This document shows, piece by piece, positions 24,301 through 35,311 of a stretch of DNA of 64,000 nucleotides. The stretch is from a virus. Taxonomy: Duplodnaviria; Heunggongvirae; Uroviricota; Caudoviricetes. Location: IMG/VR virus record IMGVR_UViG_2687453424_000001. One strand, written 5' to 3'. The translations under genes were made by a program, and so were the position numbers. The notes under the pieces are model-generated. The model made no database searches, had not been told where the DNA came from, and worked only from the letters and a program-made list of their open reading frames with translations. The first letter of the stretch is position 1; each line of letters starts with the position of its first letter.

Positions 24301-26728
24301 NNNNNNNNNNNNNNNNNNNNNNNNNNNNNNNNNNNNNNNNNNNNNNNNNNNNNNNNNNNNNNNNNNNNNNNNNNNNNNNNNNNNNNNNNNNNNNNNNNNN
24401 NNNNNNNNNNNNNNNNNNNNNNNNNNNNNNNNNNNNNNNNNNNNNNNNNNNNNNNNNNNNNNNNNNNNNNNNNNNNNNNNNNNNNNNNNNNNNNNNNNNN
24501 NNNNNNNNNNNNNNNNNNNNNNNNNNNNNNNNNNNNNNNNNNNNNNNNNNNNNNNNNNNNNNNNNNNNNNNNNNNNNNNNNNNNNNNNNNNNNNNNNNNN
24601 NNNNNNNNNNNNNNNNNNNNNNNNNNNNNNNNNNNNNNNNNNNNNNNNNNNNNNNNNNNNNNNNNNNNNNNNNNNNNNNNNNNNNNNNNNNNNNNNNNNN
24701 NNNNNNNNNNNNNNNNNNNNNNNNNNNNNNNNNNNNNNNNNNNNNNNNNNNNNNNNNNNNNNNNNNNNNNNNNNNNNNNNNNNNNNNNNNNNNNNNNNNN
24801 NNNNNNNNNNNNNNNNNNNNNNNNNNNNNNNNNNNNNNNNNNNNNNNNNNNNNNNNNNNNNNNNNNNNNNNNNNNNNNNNNNNNNNNNNNNNNNNNNNNN
24901 NNNNNNNNNNNNNNNNNNNNNNNNNNNNNNNNNNNNNNNNNNNNNNNNNNNNNNNNNNNNNNNNNNNNNNNNNNNNNNNNNNNNNNNNNNNNNNNNNNNN
25001 NNNNNNNNNNNNNNNNNNNNNNNNNNNNNNNNNNNNNNNNNNNNNNNNNNNNNNNNNNNNNNNNNNNNNNNNNNNNNNNNNNNNNNNNNNNNNNNNNNNN
25101 NNNNNNNNNNNNNNNNNNNNNNNNNNNNNNNNNNNNNNNNNNNNNNNNNNNNNNNNNNNNNNNNNNNNNNNNNNNNNNNNNNNNNNNNNNNNNNNNNNNN
25201 NNNNNNNNNNNNNNNNNNNNNNNNNNNNNNNNNNNNNNNNNNNNNNNNNNNNNNNNNNNNNNNNNNNNNNNNNNNNNNNNNNNNNNNNNNNNNNNNNNNN
25301 NNNNNNNNNNNNNNNNNNNNNNNNNNNNNNNNNNNNNNNNNNNNNNNNNNNNNNNNNNNNNNNNNNNNNNNNNNNNNNNNNNNNNNNNNNNNNNNNNNNN
25401 NNNNNNNNNNNNNNNNNNNNNNNNNNNNNNNNNNNNNNNNNNNNNNNNNNNNNNNNNNNNNNNNNNNNNNNNNNNNNNNNNNNNNNNNNNNNNNNNNNNN
25501 NNNNNNNNNNNNNNNNNNNNNNNNNNNNNNNNNNNNNNNNNNNNNNNNNNNNNNNNNNNNNNNNNNNNNNNNNNNNNNNNNNNNNNNNNNNNNNNNNNNN
25601 NNNNNNNNNNNNNNNNNNNNNNNNNNNNNNNNNNNNNNNNNNNNNNNNNNNNNNNNNNNNNNNNNNNNNNNNNNNNNNNNNNNNNNNNNNNNNNNNNNNN
25701 NNNNNNNNNNNNNNNNNNNNNNNNNNNNNNNNNNNNNNNNNNNNNNNNNNNNNNNNNNNNNNNNNNNNNNNNNNNNNNNNNNNNNNNNNNNNNNNNNNNN
25801 NNNNNNNNNNNNNNNNNNNNNNNNNNNNNNNNNNNNNNNNNNNNNNNNNNNNNNNNNNNNNNNNNNNNNNNNNNNNNNNNNNNNNNNNNNNNNNNNNNNN
25901 NNNNNNNNNNNNNNNNNNNNNNNNNNNNNNNNNNNNNNNNNNNNNNNNNNNNNNNNNNNNNNNNNNNNNNNNNNNNNNNNNNNNNNNNNNNNNNNNNNNN
26001 NNNNNNNNNNNNNNNNNNNNNNNNNNNNNNNNNNNNNNNNNNNNNNNNNNNNNNNNNNNNNNNNNNNNNNNNNNNNNNNNNNNNNNNNNNNNNNNNNNNN
26101 NNNNNNNNNNNNNNNNNNNNNNNNNNNNNNNNNNNNNNNNNNNNNNNNNNNNNNNNNNNNNNNNNNNNNNNNNNNNNNNNNNNNNNNNNNNNNNNNNNNN
26201 NNNNNNNNNNNNNNNNNNNNNNNNNNNNNNNNNNNNNNNNNNNNNNNNNNNNNNNNNNNNNNNNNNNNNNNNNNNNNNNNNNNNNNNNNNNNNNNNNNNN
26301 NNNNNNNNNNNNNNNNNNNNNNNNNNNNNNNNNNNNNNNNNNNNNNNNNNNNNNNNNNNNNNNNNNNNNNNNNNNNNNNNNNNNNNNNNNNNNNNNNNNN
26401 NNNNNNNNNNNNNNNNNNNNNNNNNNNNNNNNNNNNNNNNNNNNNNNNNNNNNNNNNNNNNNNNNNNNNNNNNNNNNNNNNNNNNNNNNNNNNNNNNNNN
26501 NNNNNNNNNNNNNNNNNNNNNNNNNNNNNNNNNNNNNNNNNNNNNNNNNNNNNNNNNNNNNNNNNNNNNNNNNNNNNNNNNNNNNNNNNNNNNNNNNNNN
26601 NNNNNNNNNNNNNNNNNNNNNNNNNNNNNNNNNNNNNNNNNNNNNNNNNNNNNNNNNNNNNNNNNNNNNNNNNNNNNNNNNNNNNNNNNNNNNNNNNNNN
26701 NNNNNNNNNNNNNNNNNNNNNNNNNNNN
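21378..26728. other. assembly gap (N run)
   Basis: continuous n. Confidence 1.
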
Positions 26729-26924
26729 GGCAGTGCAAGTGTAAGCAGTGGTCAAATGGGAAAGGACTTTTAGTGGCTCTGGACTAAGCTAGAAAGAGCT
26801 GAGAACTTCCAACTGTATAAATACTCTTCCCATTTTCAGTCATCCGTAGAATACTTTATACGCCAAAGGAAAAATGTCAGCAGTGTTCTACTGGTAAATA
26901 AATAACACAGGCAAAATGATTTTT

Positions 26925-27480
26925 GATGAGAAAATGAACATGAGCCGGCTGTGCAGTCGCTTGGGGTATTGTGTGCAGTTCTGGTGTCCTCAACATAAAA
27001 AGGACATGGAACTGTTGGAGCAAGTCCAGAGGAGGGCCACAAGGATGATCAGGGGACTGGAGCACCTCCCATATGAAGACAGGCTGAGGAAGTTGGGGCT
27101 GTTCAGCCTGGAGAAGAGAAGGCTGCGTGGAGACCTCAGAGCAGCCTTCCAGTATCTGAAGGGGGCCTTAAGTATGCTGGAGAGGGGCTCTTCACTAGGG
27201 ACTGTAGTGATAGGACAAGGGGTAACATGCTCAAACATAAACAGGGGAAGTTTATATTGGATCTAAGGAAGAAGTTCTTGACTGTAAGGGTGGTGAGGCA
27301 CTGGAAGAGGTTGCCCAGGGAAGCTGTGAATGCTCCATTCCTGGCGGTGTTCAAGGCCGTTTTGGATAGAGCCTTGGGTGACATGGTTTAGTGGGAGGTG
27401 TCCCTGCCCATAGCAGGGGGGTTGGAACTAGATGATCTTAAGGTCCTTTCCAACCCTAACTATTCTATGATTCTACAATT
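26925..27480 (+). mobile_element. CR1 LINE 3' fragment (ORF2 C-terminus and 3' end)
   Basis: Plus-strand translation ..[56 protein letters not shown]..; ends with ..ggttggaactagatgatcttaaggtcctttccaaccctaactattctatgattc. Confidence 0.85.
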
Positions 27481-27539
27481 CTAAGGCCATGCCGAGCCTC
27501 TCTTGTGCACCTCAGACTCATCTGAGTCATAAGTACAAG

Positions 27540-28083
27540 TAGTGAACTTTACAATCAAGTTGGATTTTATCTGATATCCCTTGTGATTATCAGAGCTGGA
27601 CAAAGCACTGCTTCAGAGCAAACCTGACTCCCATCCAACCTGGCCTTGAACACTGCCAAGGATGGGGCAGCCACAGCTTCTCTGGGCACTCAGTGCCTGC
27701 ACCTCAGCACCCTCACAGGGAAGTACTTTGTCTTAATATCCAAGATAAATCTTCCTTTTTTCAGCTTAAAGCCATTCCCACTTGTCCTCTCAGTGCACAG
27801 CCTTTTAAAATGCCCCTCTCCAGACTTCCTGTAGGCCCTGTCTAGGTATGAGCAGCTTGCTAAGATGTCTCCTTGGAGCCTTCTCTTCTTCAGGCTTAAA
27901 AACTCCAGCTCTCACAGCTGTCATCATTGGAGATGCACTCCATCCCTTAGCGAATCTCTGTGACTCTTCATAAGCCCATCGTTATAGGACCATGAAACAA
28001 CAGAGGTTGGAAGGGAACCCACAAGGTCTCGAGTCCAACCAATTGGGAACAGGATCAGAGCAGAGTGGCTCAGGGCTTGAAAC
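27540..28083 (-). mobile_element. CR1-like 3' fragments (two pieces, second is a 3'-terminus motif at ~27990-28083)
   Basis: ..catccaacctggccttgaacactgccaaggatggggcagccacagcttctctgggcac..cctcacagggaag.. and ..ggttggaagggaacccacaaggtctcgagtccaacc..gtggctcagggc.. Confidence 0.6.
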
Positions 28084-28084
28084 A

Positions 28085-28294
28085 GTCTGAGTTGGAAATC
28101 TGATGAAAGATCGATTGGCAATCCGGGCAATCATCACGGTAAAAAAACAGAACTTTATCAGAATGATTAGCGAGCGTCACGACCGGTCGCTGTTTTTCCA
28201 CGTGATTCACGTATTGATGACTAGCAAAACCACTAACAGCTAAAACCACCACGATTACCGCTAGGACTTTGCTAACCCGTTTAATTAAGGTCAC
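28085..28294 (-). CDS. membrane-anchored thioredoxin-like (CxxC) protein, 3'-truncated at the bacterial/host junction; GTG start
   Basis: MTLIKRVSKVLAVIVVVLAVSGF (TM anchor) ...VLFFYRDDCPDCQSIF (CPDC active-site motif); start overlaps the upstream gene by 14 nt; ORF ends inside CR1-like host sequence. Confidence 0.6.
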
Positions 28295-28898
28295 TGGCTT
28301 TAAAGCTACTACCTAAATTTTGTACCGCGGTGATTCGATTCGTGGTGGTATCGAAGGTCACCTGGTAAAGCACCGTCGCCTTTTGCCAGTCGTTATCGCC
28401 ACTCTTGCTTTGGTAACTAACAACCGCCAAGCCTTTCATGTTTCGCCCCTGCTTACTTTGTGTATACATATTCAGTTGGTTTAACTTGGCTGAAACACTA
28501 TTGCTATCGCCATAAGTCCCTTTATTGGAAAAGTATTGCTGATATAACTTGTCGGAAATCAAGTTTTTAACGCCATCTTTACGCTGACCGTAGGTCTTGG
28601 GCTTAAAGTTATTCATGACATCAAAGAACTTGGTGACCACCGTATTAAAGCTAAGTTCAGCCGGACTTTTGTCTTTATTATTTTGGTAGGTCTTATAACT
28701 GTCAATTTGGGTGCTCAATAACTGCTTTTGTTGGTTGGTTTTAGTCAATTGCTGACTAACTTGTCGCTTCTGTTGTTGTAAGCGCGTGATCTGCTGATGC
28801 GCCTGTTTAACTTGGCTATGTTGATAGGCATTCGCCCCTAATGACAGAACTAAGATCAAGCTACCAATCACAACACTTAAAACCATGCTACGCTTCAT
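28281..28898 (-). CDS. VirB8-like T4SS membrane protein (PrgL/TraM-like topology: N-terminal TM, coiled coil, globular domain)
   Basis: 205-aa ORF MKRSMVLSVVIGSLILVLSLGANA..; Q/K-rich coiled-coil segment; RBS aaggaggg ~7 nt upstream of ATG; family call from topology and operon context only. Confidence 0.5.
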   Translation of the reverse strand: MKRSMVLSVVIGSLILVLSLGANAYQHSQVKQAHQQITRLQQQKRQVSQQLTKTNQQKQLLSTQIDSYKTYQNNKDKSPAELSFNTVVTKFFDVMNNFKPKTYGQRKDGVKNLISDKLYQQYFSNKGTYGDSNSVSAKLNQLNMYTQSKQGRNMKGLAVVSYQSKSGDNDWQKATVLYQVTFDTTTNRITAVQNLGSSFKASDLN

Positions 28899-28912
28899 TT
28901 GTTTGTCCCTCC
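28899..28912 (-). promoter_or_regulatory. Shine-Dalgarno site (AAGGAGGG) for the VirB8-like ORF
   Basis: Minus-strand taaggagggacaaacaaATG; the upstream gene's TAA stop abuts the RBS. Confidence 0.7.
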
Positions 28913-29767
28913 TTACTTCTTGATTGGCCGGGCTAACGTCACATCACCACCACTTAGCAAGCTATAAAAAGCGGTGCCAAAGGTGCTTTCGTTAACCTTG
29001 TCGCCTGTCCCACCTTGCTCAATAATCTTGGTGGCTTTGCCTTGCCATTTGCCTAACAGAATGGCCGTATGGCCGTTGTTTCCCGCGCCGGCGCCTTGAT
29101 TGACAATCACAATATCGCCGGCTTTCGCGTCATTTTCACTGATTTGTTTAAGATATTGATGACTGCCTTTGGCGTCACTGGCCATCGTGCCGGTAAACCA
29201 GCCCATGTTGGCGGGTACCTTGTAACCAGCTTTATTCAGGGCTAACCAGACAAAGCCGGAACAATCCGTGCCACCAGTTTTATTAGGATTTTTTAAATCG
29301 CTACCTAGATCAGGACTGGGGTGCGTTTGCACATAGTAGAAGTCCCCCTTCATGCTTTCCGCGTTTTTGACGATACTACCGCCGGAATAACTCGGGTCAC
29401 TATCACAACCTAGCTCGGTCAGATCGCCGGAACTCGCGTTGTCTAAGGTATTGCCCGCTACTGGATCACTGGCACCAAACACGGAATACCAGTGATCGGC
29501 ATAACCGTATCTTTGGCTTAAATACCATTGCTCCGGGTTTTTGCTCATGCCCTCAAAATCCATCAACCAGTCTTTGGTCGCTTTGTGCACGTCCGTGTAT
29601 TTGAATATCTTCTTATTTGACGCATAGTAACTACTGTTCAATTCTTGGTCGAGATAATCTAATTGCACCCCGAGATTTGTGGCTGGTTTGTTTTCTTTGT
29701 GAGCTAAGTCTTCCAGTTTATCTTTTCGGCCACCTAACCACTGGGCTAATCCCGTGGCACCGGAACT
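28913..29767 (-). CDS. CHAP-domain peptidoglycan hydrolase (T4SS-associated cell-wall hydrolase), C-terminal 285 aa; 5' part in gap
   Basis: ..GGTDCSGFVWLALNKAGY.. (catalytic Cys) and ..NGHTAILLG.. (His) CHAP signature; stop TAA at 28913-28915. Confidence 0.8.
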   Translation of the reverse strand, partial: SSGATGLAQWLGGRKDKLEDLAHKENKPATNLGVQLDYLDQELNSSYYASNKKIFKYTDVHKATKDWLMDFEGMSKNPEQWYLSQRYGYADHWYSVFGASDPVAGNTLDNASSGDLTELGCDSDPSYSGGSIVKNAESMKGDFYYVQTHPSPDLGSDLKNPNKTGGTDCSGFVWLALNKAGYKVPANMGWFTGTMASDAKGSHQYLKQISENDAKAGDIVIVNQGAGAGNNGHTAILLGKWQGKATKIIEQGGTGDKVNESTFGTAFYSLLSGGDVTLARPIKK

Positions 29768-32700
29768 NNNNNNNNNNNNNNNNNNNNNNNNNNNNNNNNN
29801 NNNNNNNNNNNNNNNNNNNNNNNNNNNNNNNNNNNNNNNNNNNNNNNNNNNNNNNNNNNNNNNNNNNNNNNNNNNNNNNNNNNNNNNNNNNNNNNNNNNN
29901 NNNNNNNNNNNNNNNNNNNNNNNNNNNNNNNNNNNNNNNNNNNNNNNNNNNNNNNNNNNNNNNNNNNNNNNNNNNNNNNNNNNNNNNNNNNNNNNNNNNN
30001 NNNNNNNNNNNNNNNNNNNNNNNNNNNNNNNNNNNNNNNNNNNNNNNNNNNNNNNNNNNNNNNNNNNNNNNNNNNNNNNNNNNNNNNNNNNNNNNNNNNN
30101 NNNNNNNNNNNNNNNNNNNNNNNNNNNNNNNNNNNNNNNNNNNNNNNNNNNNNNNNNNNNNNNNNNNNNNNNNNNNNNNNNNNNNNNNNNNNNNNNNNNN
30201 NNNNNNNNNNNNNNNNNNNNNNNNNNNNNNNNNNNNNNNNNNNNNNNNNNNNNNNNNNNNNNNNNNNNNNNNNNNNNNNNNNNNNNNNNNNNNNNNNNNN
30301 NNNNNNNNNNNNNNNNNNNNNNNNNNNNNNNNNNNNNNNNNNNNNNNNNNNNNNNNNNNNNNNNNNNNNNNNNNNNNNNNNNNNNNNNNNNNNNNNNNNN
30401 NNNNNNNNNNNNNNNNNNNNNNNNNNNNNNNNNNNNNNNNNNNNNNNNNNNNNNNNNNNNNNNNNNNNNNNNNNNNNNNNNNNNNNNNNNNNNNNNNNNN
30501 NNNNNNNNNNNNNNNNNNNNNNNNNNNNNNNNNNNNNNNNNNNNNNNNNNNNNNNNNNNNNNNNNNNNNNNNNNNNNNNNNNNNNNNNNNNNNNNNNNNN
30601 NNNNNNNNNNNNNNNNNNNNNNNNNNNNNNNNNNNNNNNNNNNNNNNNNNNNNNNNNNNNNNNNNNNNNNNNNNNNNNNNNNNNNNNNNNNNNNNNNNNN
30701 NNNNNNNNNNNNNNNNNNNNNNNNNNNNNNNNNNNNNNNNNNNNNNNNNNNNNNNNNNNNNNNNNNNNNNNNNNNNNNNNNNNNNNNNNNNNNNNNNNNN
30801 NNNNNNNNNNNNNNNNNNNNNNNNNNNNNNNNNNNNNNNNNNNNNNNNNNNNNNNNNNNNNNNNNNNNNNNNNNNNNNNNNNNNNNNNNNNNNNNNNNNN
30901 NNNNNNNNNNNNNNNNNNNNNNNNNNNNNNNNNNNNNNNNNNNNNNNNNNNNNNNNNNNNNNNNNNNNNNNNNNNNNNNNNNNNNNNNNNNNNNNNNNNN
31001 NNNNNNNNNNNNNNNNNNNNNNNNNNNNNNNNNNNNNNNNNNNNNNNNNNNNNNNNNNNNNNNNNNNNNNNNNNNNNNNNNNNNNNNNNNNNNNNNNNNN
31101 NNNNNNNNNNNNNNNNNNNNNNNNNNNNNNNNNNNNNNNNNNNNNNNNNNNNNNNNNNNNNNNNNNNNNNNNNNNNNNNNNNNNNNNNNNNNNNNNNNNN
31201 NNNNNNNNNNNNNNNNNNNNNNNNNNNNNNNNNNNNNNNNNNNNNNNNNNNNNNNNNNNNNNNNNNNNNNNNNNNNNNNNNNNNNNNNNNNNNNNNNNNN
31301 NNNNNNNNNNNNNNNNNNNNNNNNNNNNNNNNNNNNNNNNNNNNNNNNNNNNNNNNNNNNNNNNNNNNNNNNNNNNNNNNNNNNNNNNNNNNNNNNNNNN
31401 NNNNNNNNNNNNNNNNNNNNNNNNNNNNNNNNNNNNNNNNNNNNNNNNNNNNNNNNNNNNNNNNNNNNNNNNNNNNNNNNNNNNNNNNNNNNNNNNNNNN
31501 NNNNNNNNNNNNNNNNNNNNNNNNNNNNNNNNNNNNNNNNNNNNNNNNNNNNNNNNNNNNNNNNNNNNNNNNNNNNNNNNNNNNNNNNNNNNNNNNNNNN
31601 NNNNNNNNNNNNNNNNNNNNNNNNNNNNNNNNNNNNNNNNNNNNNNNNNNNNNNNNNNNNNNNNNNNNNNNNNNNNNNNNNNNNNNNNNNNNNNNNNNNN
31701 NNNNNNNNNNNNNNNNNNNNNNNNNNNNNNNNNNNNNNNNNNNNNNNNNNNNNNNNNNNNNNNNNNNNNNNNNNNNNNNNNNNNNNNNNNNNNNNNNNNN
31801 NNNNNNNNNNNNNNNNNNNNNNNNNNNNNNNNNNNNNNNNNNNNNNNNNNNNNNNNNNNNNNNNNNNNNNNNNNNNNNNNNNNNNNNNNNNNNNNNNNNN
31901 NNNNNNNNNNNNNNNNNNNNNNNNNNNNNNNNNNNNNNNNNNNNNNNNNNNNNNNNNNNNNNNNNNNNNNNNNNNNNNNNNNNNNNNNNNNNNNNNNNNN
32001 NNNNNNNNNNNNNNNNNNNNNNNNNNNNNNNNNNNNNNNNNNNNNNNNNNNNNNNNNNNNNNNNNNNNNNNNNNNNNNNNNNNNNNNNNNNNNNNNNNNN
32101 NNNNNNNNNNNNNNNNNNNNNNNNNNNNNNNNNNNNNNNNNNNNNNNNNNNNNNNNNNNNNNNNNNNNNNNNNNNNNNNNNNNNNNNNNNNNNNNNNNNN
32201 NNNNNNNNNNNNNNNNNNNNNNNNNNNNNNNNNNNNNNNNNNNNNNNNNNNNNNNNNNNNNNNNNNNNNNNNNNNNNNNNNNNNNNNNNNNNNNNNNNNN
32301 NNNNNNNNNNNNNNNNNNNNNNNNNNNNNNNNNNNNNNNNNNNNNNNNNNNNNNNNNNNNNNNNNNNNNNNNNNNNNNNNNNNNNNNNNNNNNNNNNNNN
32401 NNNNNNNNNNNNNNNNNNNNNNNNNNNNNNNNNNNNNNNNNNNNNNNNNNNNNNNNNNNNNNNNNNNNNNNNNNNNNNNNNNNNNNNNNNNNNNNNNNNN
32501 NNNNNNNNNNNNNNNNNNNNNNNNNNNNNNNNNNNNNNNNNNNNNNNNNNNNNNNNNNNNNNNNNNNNNNNNNNNNNNNNNNNNNNNNNNNNNNNNNNNN
32601 NNNNNNNNNNNNNNNNNNNNNNNNNNNNNNNNNNNNNNNNNNNNNNNNNNNNNNNNNNNNNNNNNNNNNNNNNNNNNNNNNNNNNNNNNNNNNNNNNNNN

Positions 32701-35083
32701 NNNNNNNNNNNNNNNNNNNNNNNNNNNNNNNNNNNNNNNNNNNNNNNNNNNNNNNNNNNNNNNNNNNNNNNNNNNNNNNNNNNNNNNNNNNNNNNNNNNN
32801 NNNNNNNNNNNNNNNNNNNNNNNNNNNNNNNNNNNNNNNNNNNNNNNNNNNNNNNNNNNNNNNNNNNNNNNNNNNNNNNNNNNNNNNNNNNNNNNNNNNN
32901 NNNNNNNNNNNNNNNNNNNNNNNNNNNNNNNNNNNNNNNNNNNNNNNNNNNNNNNNNNNNNNNNNNNNNNNNNNNNNNNNNNNNNNNNNNNNNNNNNNNN
33001 NNNNNNNNNNNNNNNNNNNNNNNNNNNNNNNNNNNNNNNNNNNNNNNNNNNNNNNNNNNNNNNNNNNNNNNNNNNNNNNNNNNNNNNNNNNNNNNNNNNN
33101 NNNNNNNNNNNNNNNNNNNNNNNNNNNNNNNNNNNNNNNNNNNNNNNNNNNNNNNNNNNNNNNNNNNNNNNNNNNNNNNNNNNNNNNNNNNNNNNNNNNN
33201 NNNNNNNNNNNNNNNNNNNNNNNNNNNNNNNNNNNNNNNNNNNNNNNNNNNNNNNNNNNNNNNNNNNNNNNNNNNNNNNNNNNNNNNNNNNNNNNNNNNN
33301 NNNNNNNNNNNNNNNNNNNNNNNNNNNNNNNNNNNNNNNNNNNNNNNNNNNNNNNNNNNNNNNNNNNNNNNNNNNNNNNNNNNNNNNNNNNNNNNNNNNN
33401 NNNNNNNNNNNNNNNNNNNNNNNNNNNNNNNNNNNNNNNNNNNNNNNNNNNNNNNNNNNNNNNNNNNNNNNNNNNNNNNNNNNNNNNNNNNNNNNNNNNN
33501 NNNNNNNNNNNNNNNNNNNNNNNNNNNNNNNNNNNNNNNNNNNNNNNNNNNNNNNNNNNNNNNNNNNNNNNNNNNNNNNNNNNNNNNNNNNNNNNNNNNN
33601 NNNNNNNNNNNNNNNNNNNNNNNNNNNNNNNNNNNNNNNNNNNNNNNNNNNNNNNNNNNNNNNNNNNNNNNNNNNNNNNNNNNNNNNNNNNNNNNNNNNN
33701 NNNNNNNNNNNNNNNNNNNNNNNNNNNNNNNNNNNNNNNNNNNNNNNNNNNNNNNNNNNNNNNNNNNNNNNNNNNNNNNNNNNNNNNNNNNNNNNNNNNN
33801 NNNNNNNNNNNNNNNNNNNNNNNNNNNNNNNNNNNNNNNNNNNNNNNNNNNNNNNNNNNNNNNNNNNNNNNNNNNNNNNNNNNNNNNNNNNNNNNNNNNN
33901 NNNNNNNNNNNNNNNNNNNNNNNNNNNNNNNNNNNNNNNNNNNNNNNNNNNNNNNNNNNNNNNNNNNNNNNNNNNNNNNNNNNNNNNNNNNNNNNNNNNN
34001 NNNNNNNNNNNNNNNNNNNNNNNNNNNNNNNNNNNNNNNNNNNNNNNNNNNNNNNNNNNNNNNNNNNNNNNNNNNNNNNNNNNNNNNNNNNNNNNNNNNN
34101 NNNNNNNNNNNNNNNNNNNNNNNNNNNNNNNNNNNNNNNNNNNNNNNNNNNNNNNNNNNNNNNNNNNNNNNNNNNNNNNNNNNNNNNNNNNNNNNNNNNN
34201 NNNNNNNNNNNNNNNNNNNNNNNNNNNNNNNNNNNNNNNNNNNNNNNNNNNNNNNNNNNNNNNNNNNNNNNNNNNNNNNNNNNNNNNNNNNNNNNNNNNN
34301 NNNNNNNNNNNNNNNNNNNNNNNNNNNNNNNNNNNNNNNNNNNNNNNNNNNNNNNNNNNNNNNNNNNNNNNNNNNNNNNNNNNNNNNNNNNNNNNNNNNN
34401 NNNNNNNNNNNNNNNNNNNNNNNNNNNNNNNNNNNNNNNNNNNNNNNNNNNNNNNNNNNNNNNNNNNNNNNNNNNNNNNNNNNNNNNNNNNNNNNNNNNN
34501 NNNNNNNNNNNNNNNNNNNNNNNNNNNNNNNNNNNNNNNNNNNNNNNNNNNNNNNNNNNNNNNNNNNNNNNNNNNNNNNNNNNNNNNNNNNNNNNNNNNN
34601 NNNNNNNNNNNNNNNNNNNNNNNNNNNNNNNNNNNNNNNNNNNNNNNNNNNNNNNNNNNNNNNNNNNNNNNNNNNNNNNNNNNNNNNNNNNNNNNNNNNN
34701 NNNNNNNNNNNNNNNNNNNNNNNNNNNNNNNNNNNNNNNNNNNNNNNNNNNNNNNNNNNNNNNNNNNNNNNNNNNNNNNNNNNNNNNNNNNNNNNNNNNN
34801 NNNNNNNNNNNNNNNNNNNNNNNNNNNNNNNNNNNNNNNNNNNNNNNNNNNNNNNNNNNNNNNNNNNNNNNNNNNNNNNNNNNNNNNNNNNNNNNNNNNN
34901 NNNNNNNNNNNNNNNNNNNNNNNNNNNNNNNNNNNNNNNNNNNNNNNNNNNNNNNNNNNNNNNNNNNNNNNNNNNNNNNNNNNNNNNNNNNNNNNNNNNN
35001 NNNNNNNNNNNNNNNNNNNNNNNNNNNNNNNNNNNNNNNNNNNNNNNNNNNNNNNNNNNNNNNNNNNNNNNNNNNNNNNNNNN
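29768..35083. other. assembly gap (N run) inside the bacterial block
   Basis: continuous n. Confidence 1.
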
Positions 35084-35311
35084 CTTTAGTGACTTGACCT
35101 TATCTGGCAAGGTATAAGTTAAAACAACCTTCTGGTCTTGCTCAACAACATTAACTAACTGCAAGAAATTGGGATCAGCTTGCTTTAATTCGTTTAGCTC
35201 ACTTAATTGGTCGTAGCGAAATTGATTGTGATTGAGTTCGAGGATTAGCTTGTTCCCTTGTCGTTTGAACGTGCCAACCTCAATATTCAATAGCTGGTTT
35301 GCTTTACTCAT
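35084..35311 (-). CDS. hypothetical protein, N-terminal 76 aa; may be the N-terminus of the CHAP hydrolase or a separate gene
   Basis: ATG at 35311-35309 overlaps the VirB4-like stop (35304-35306) by 8 nt; strong RBS gaaggaggg upstream; MSKANQLLNIEVGTFKRQGNKLILELNHNQ.. Confidence 0.5.
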
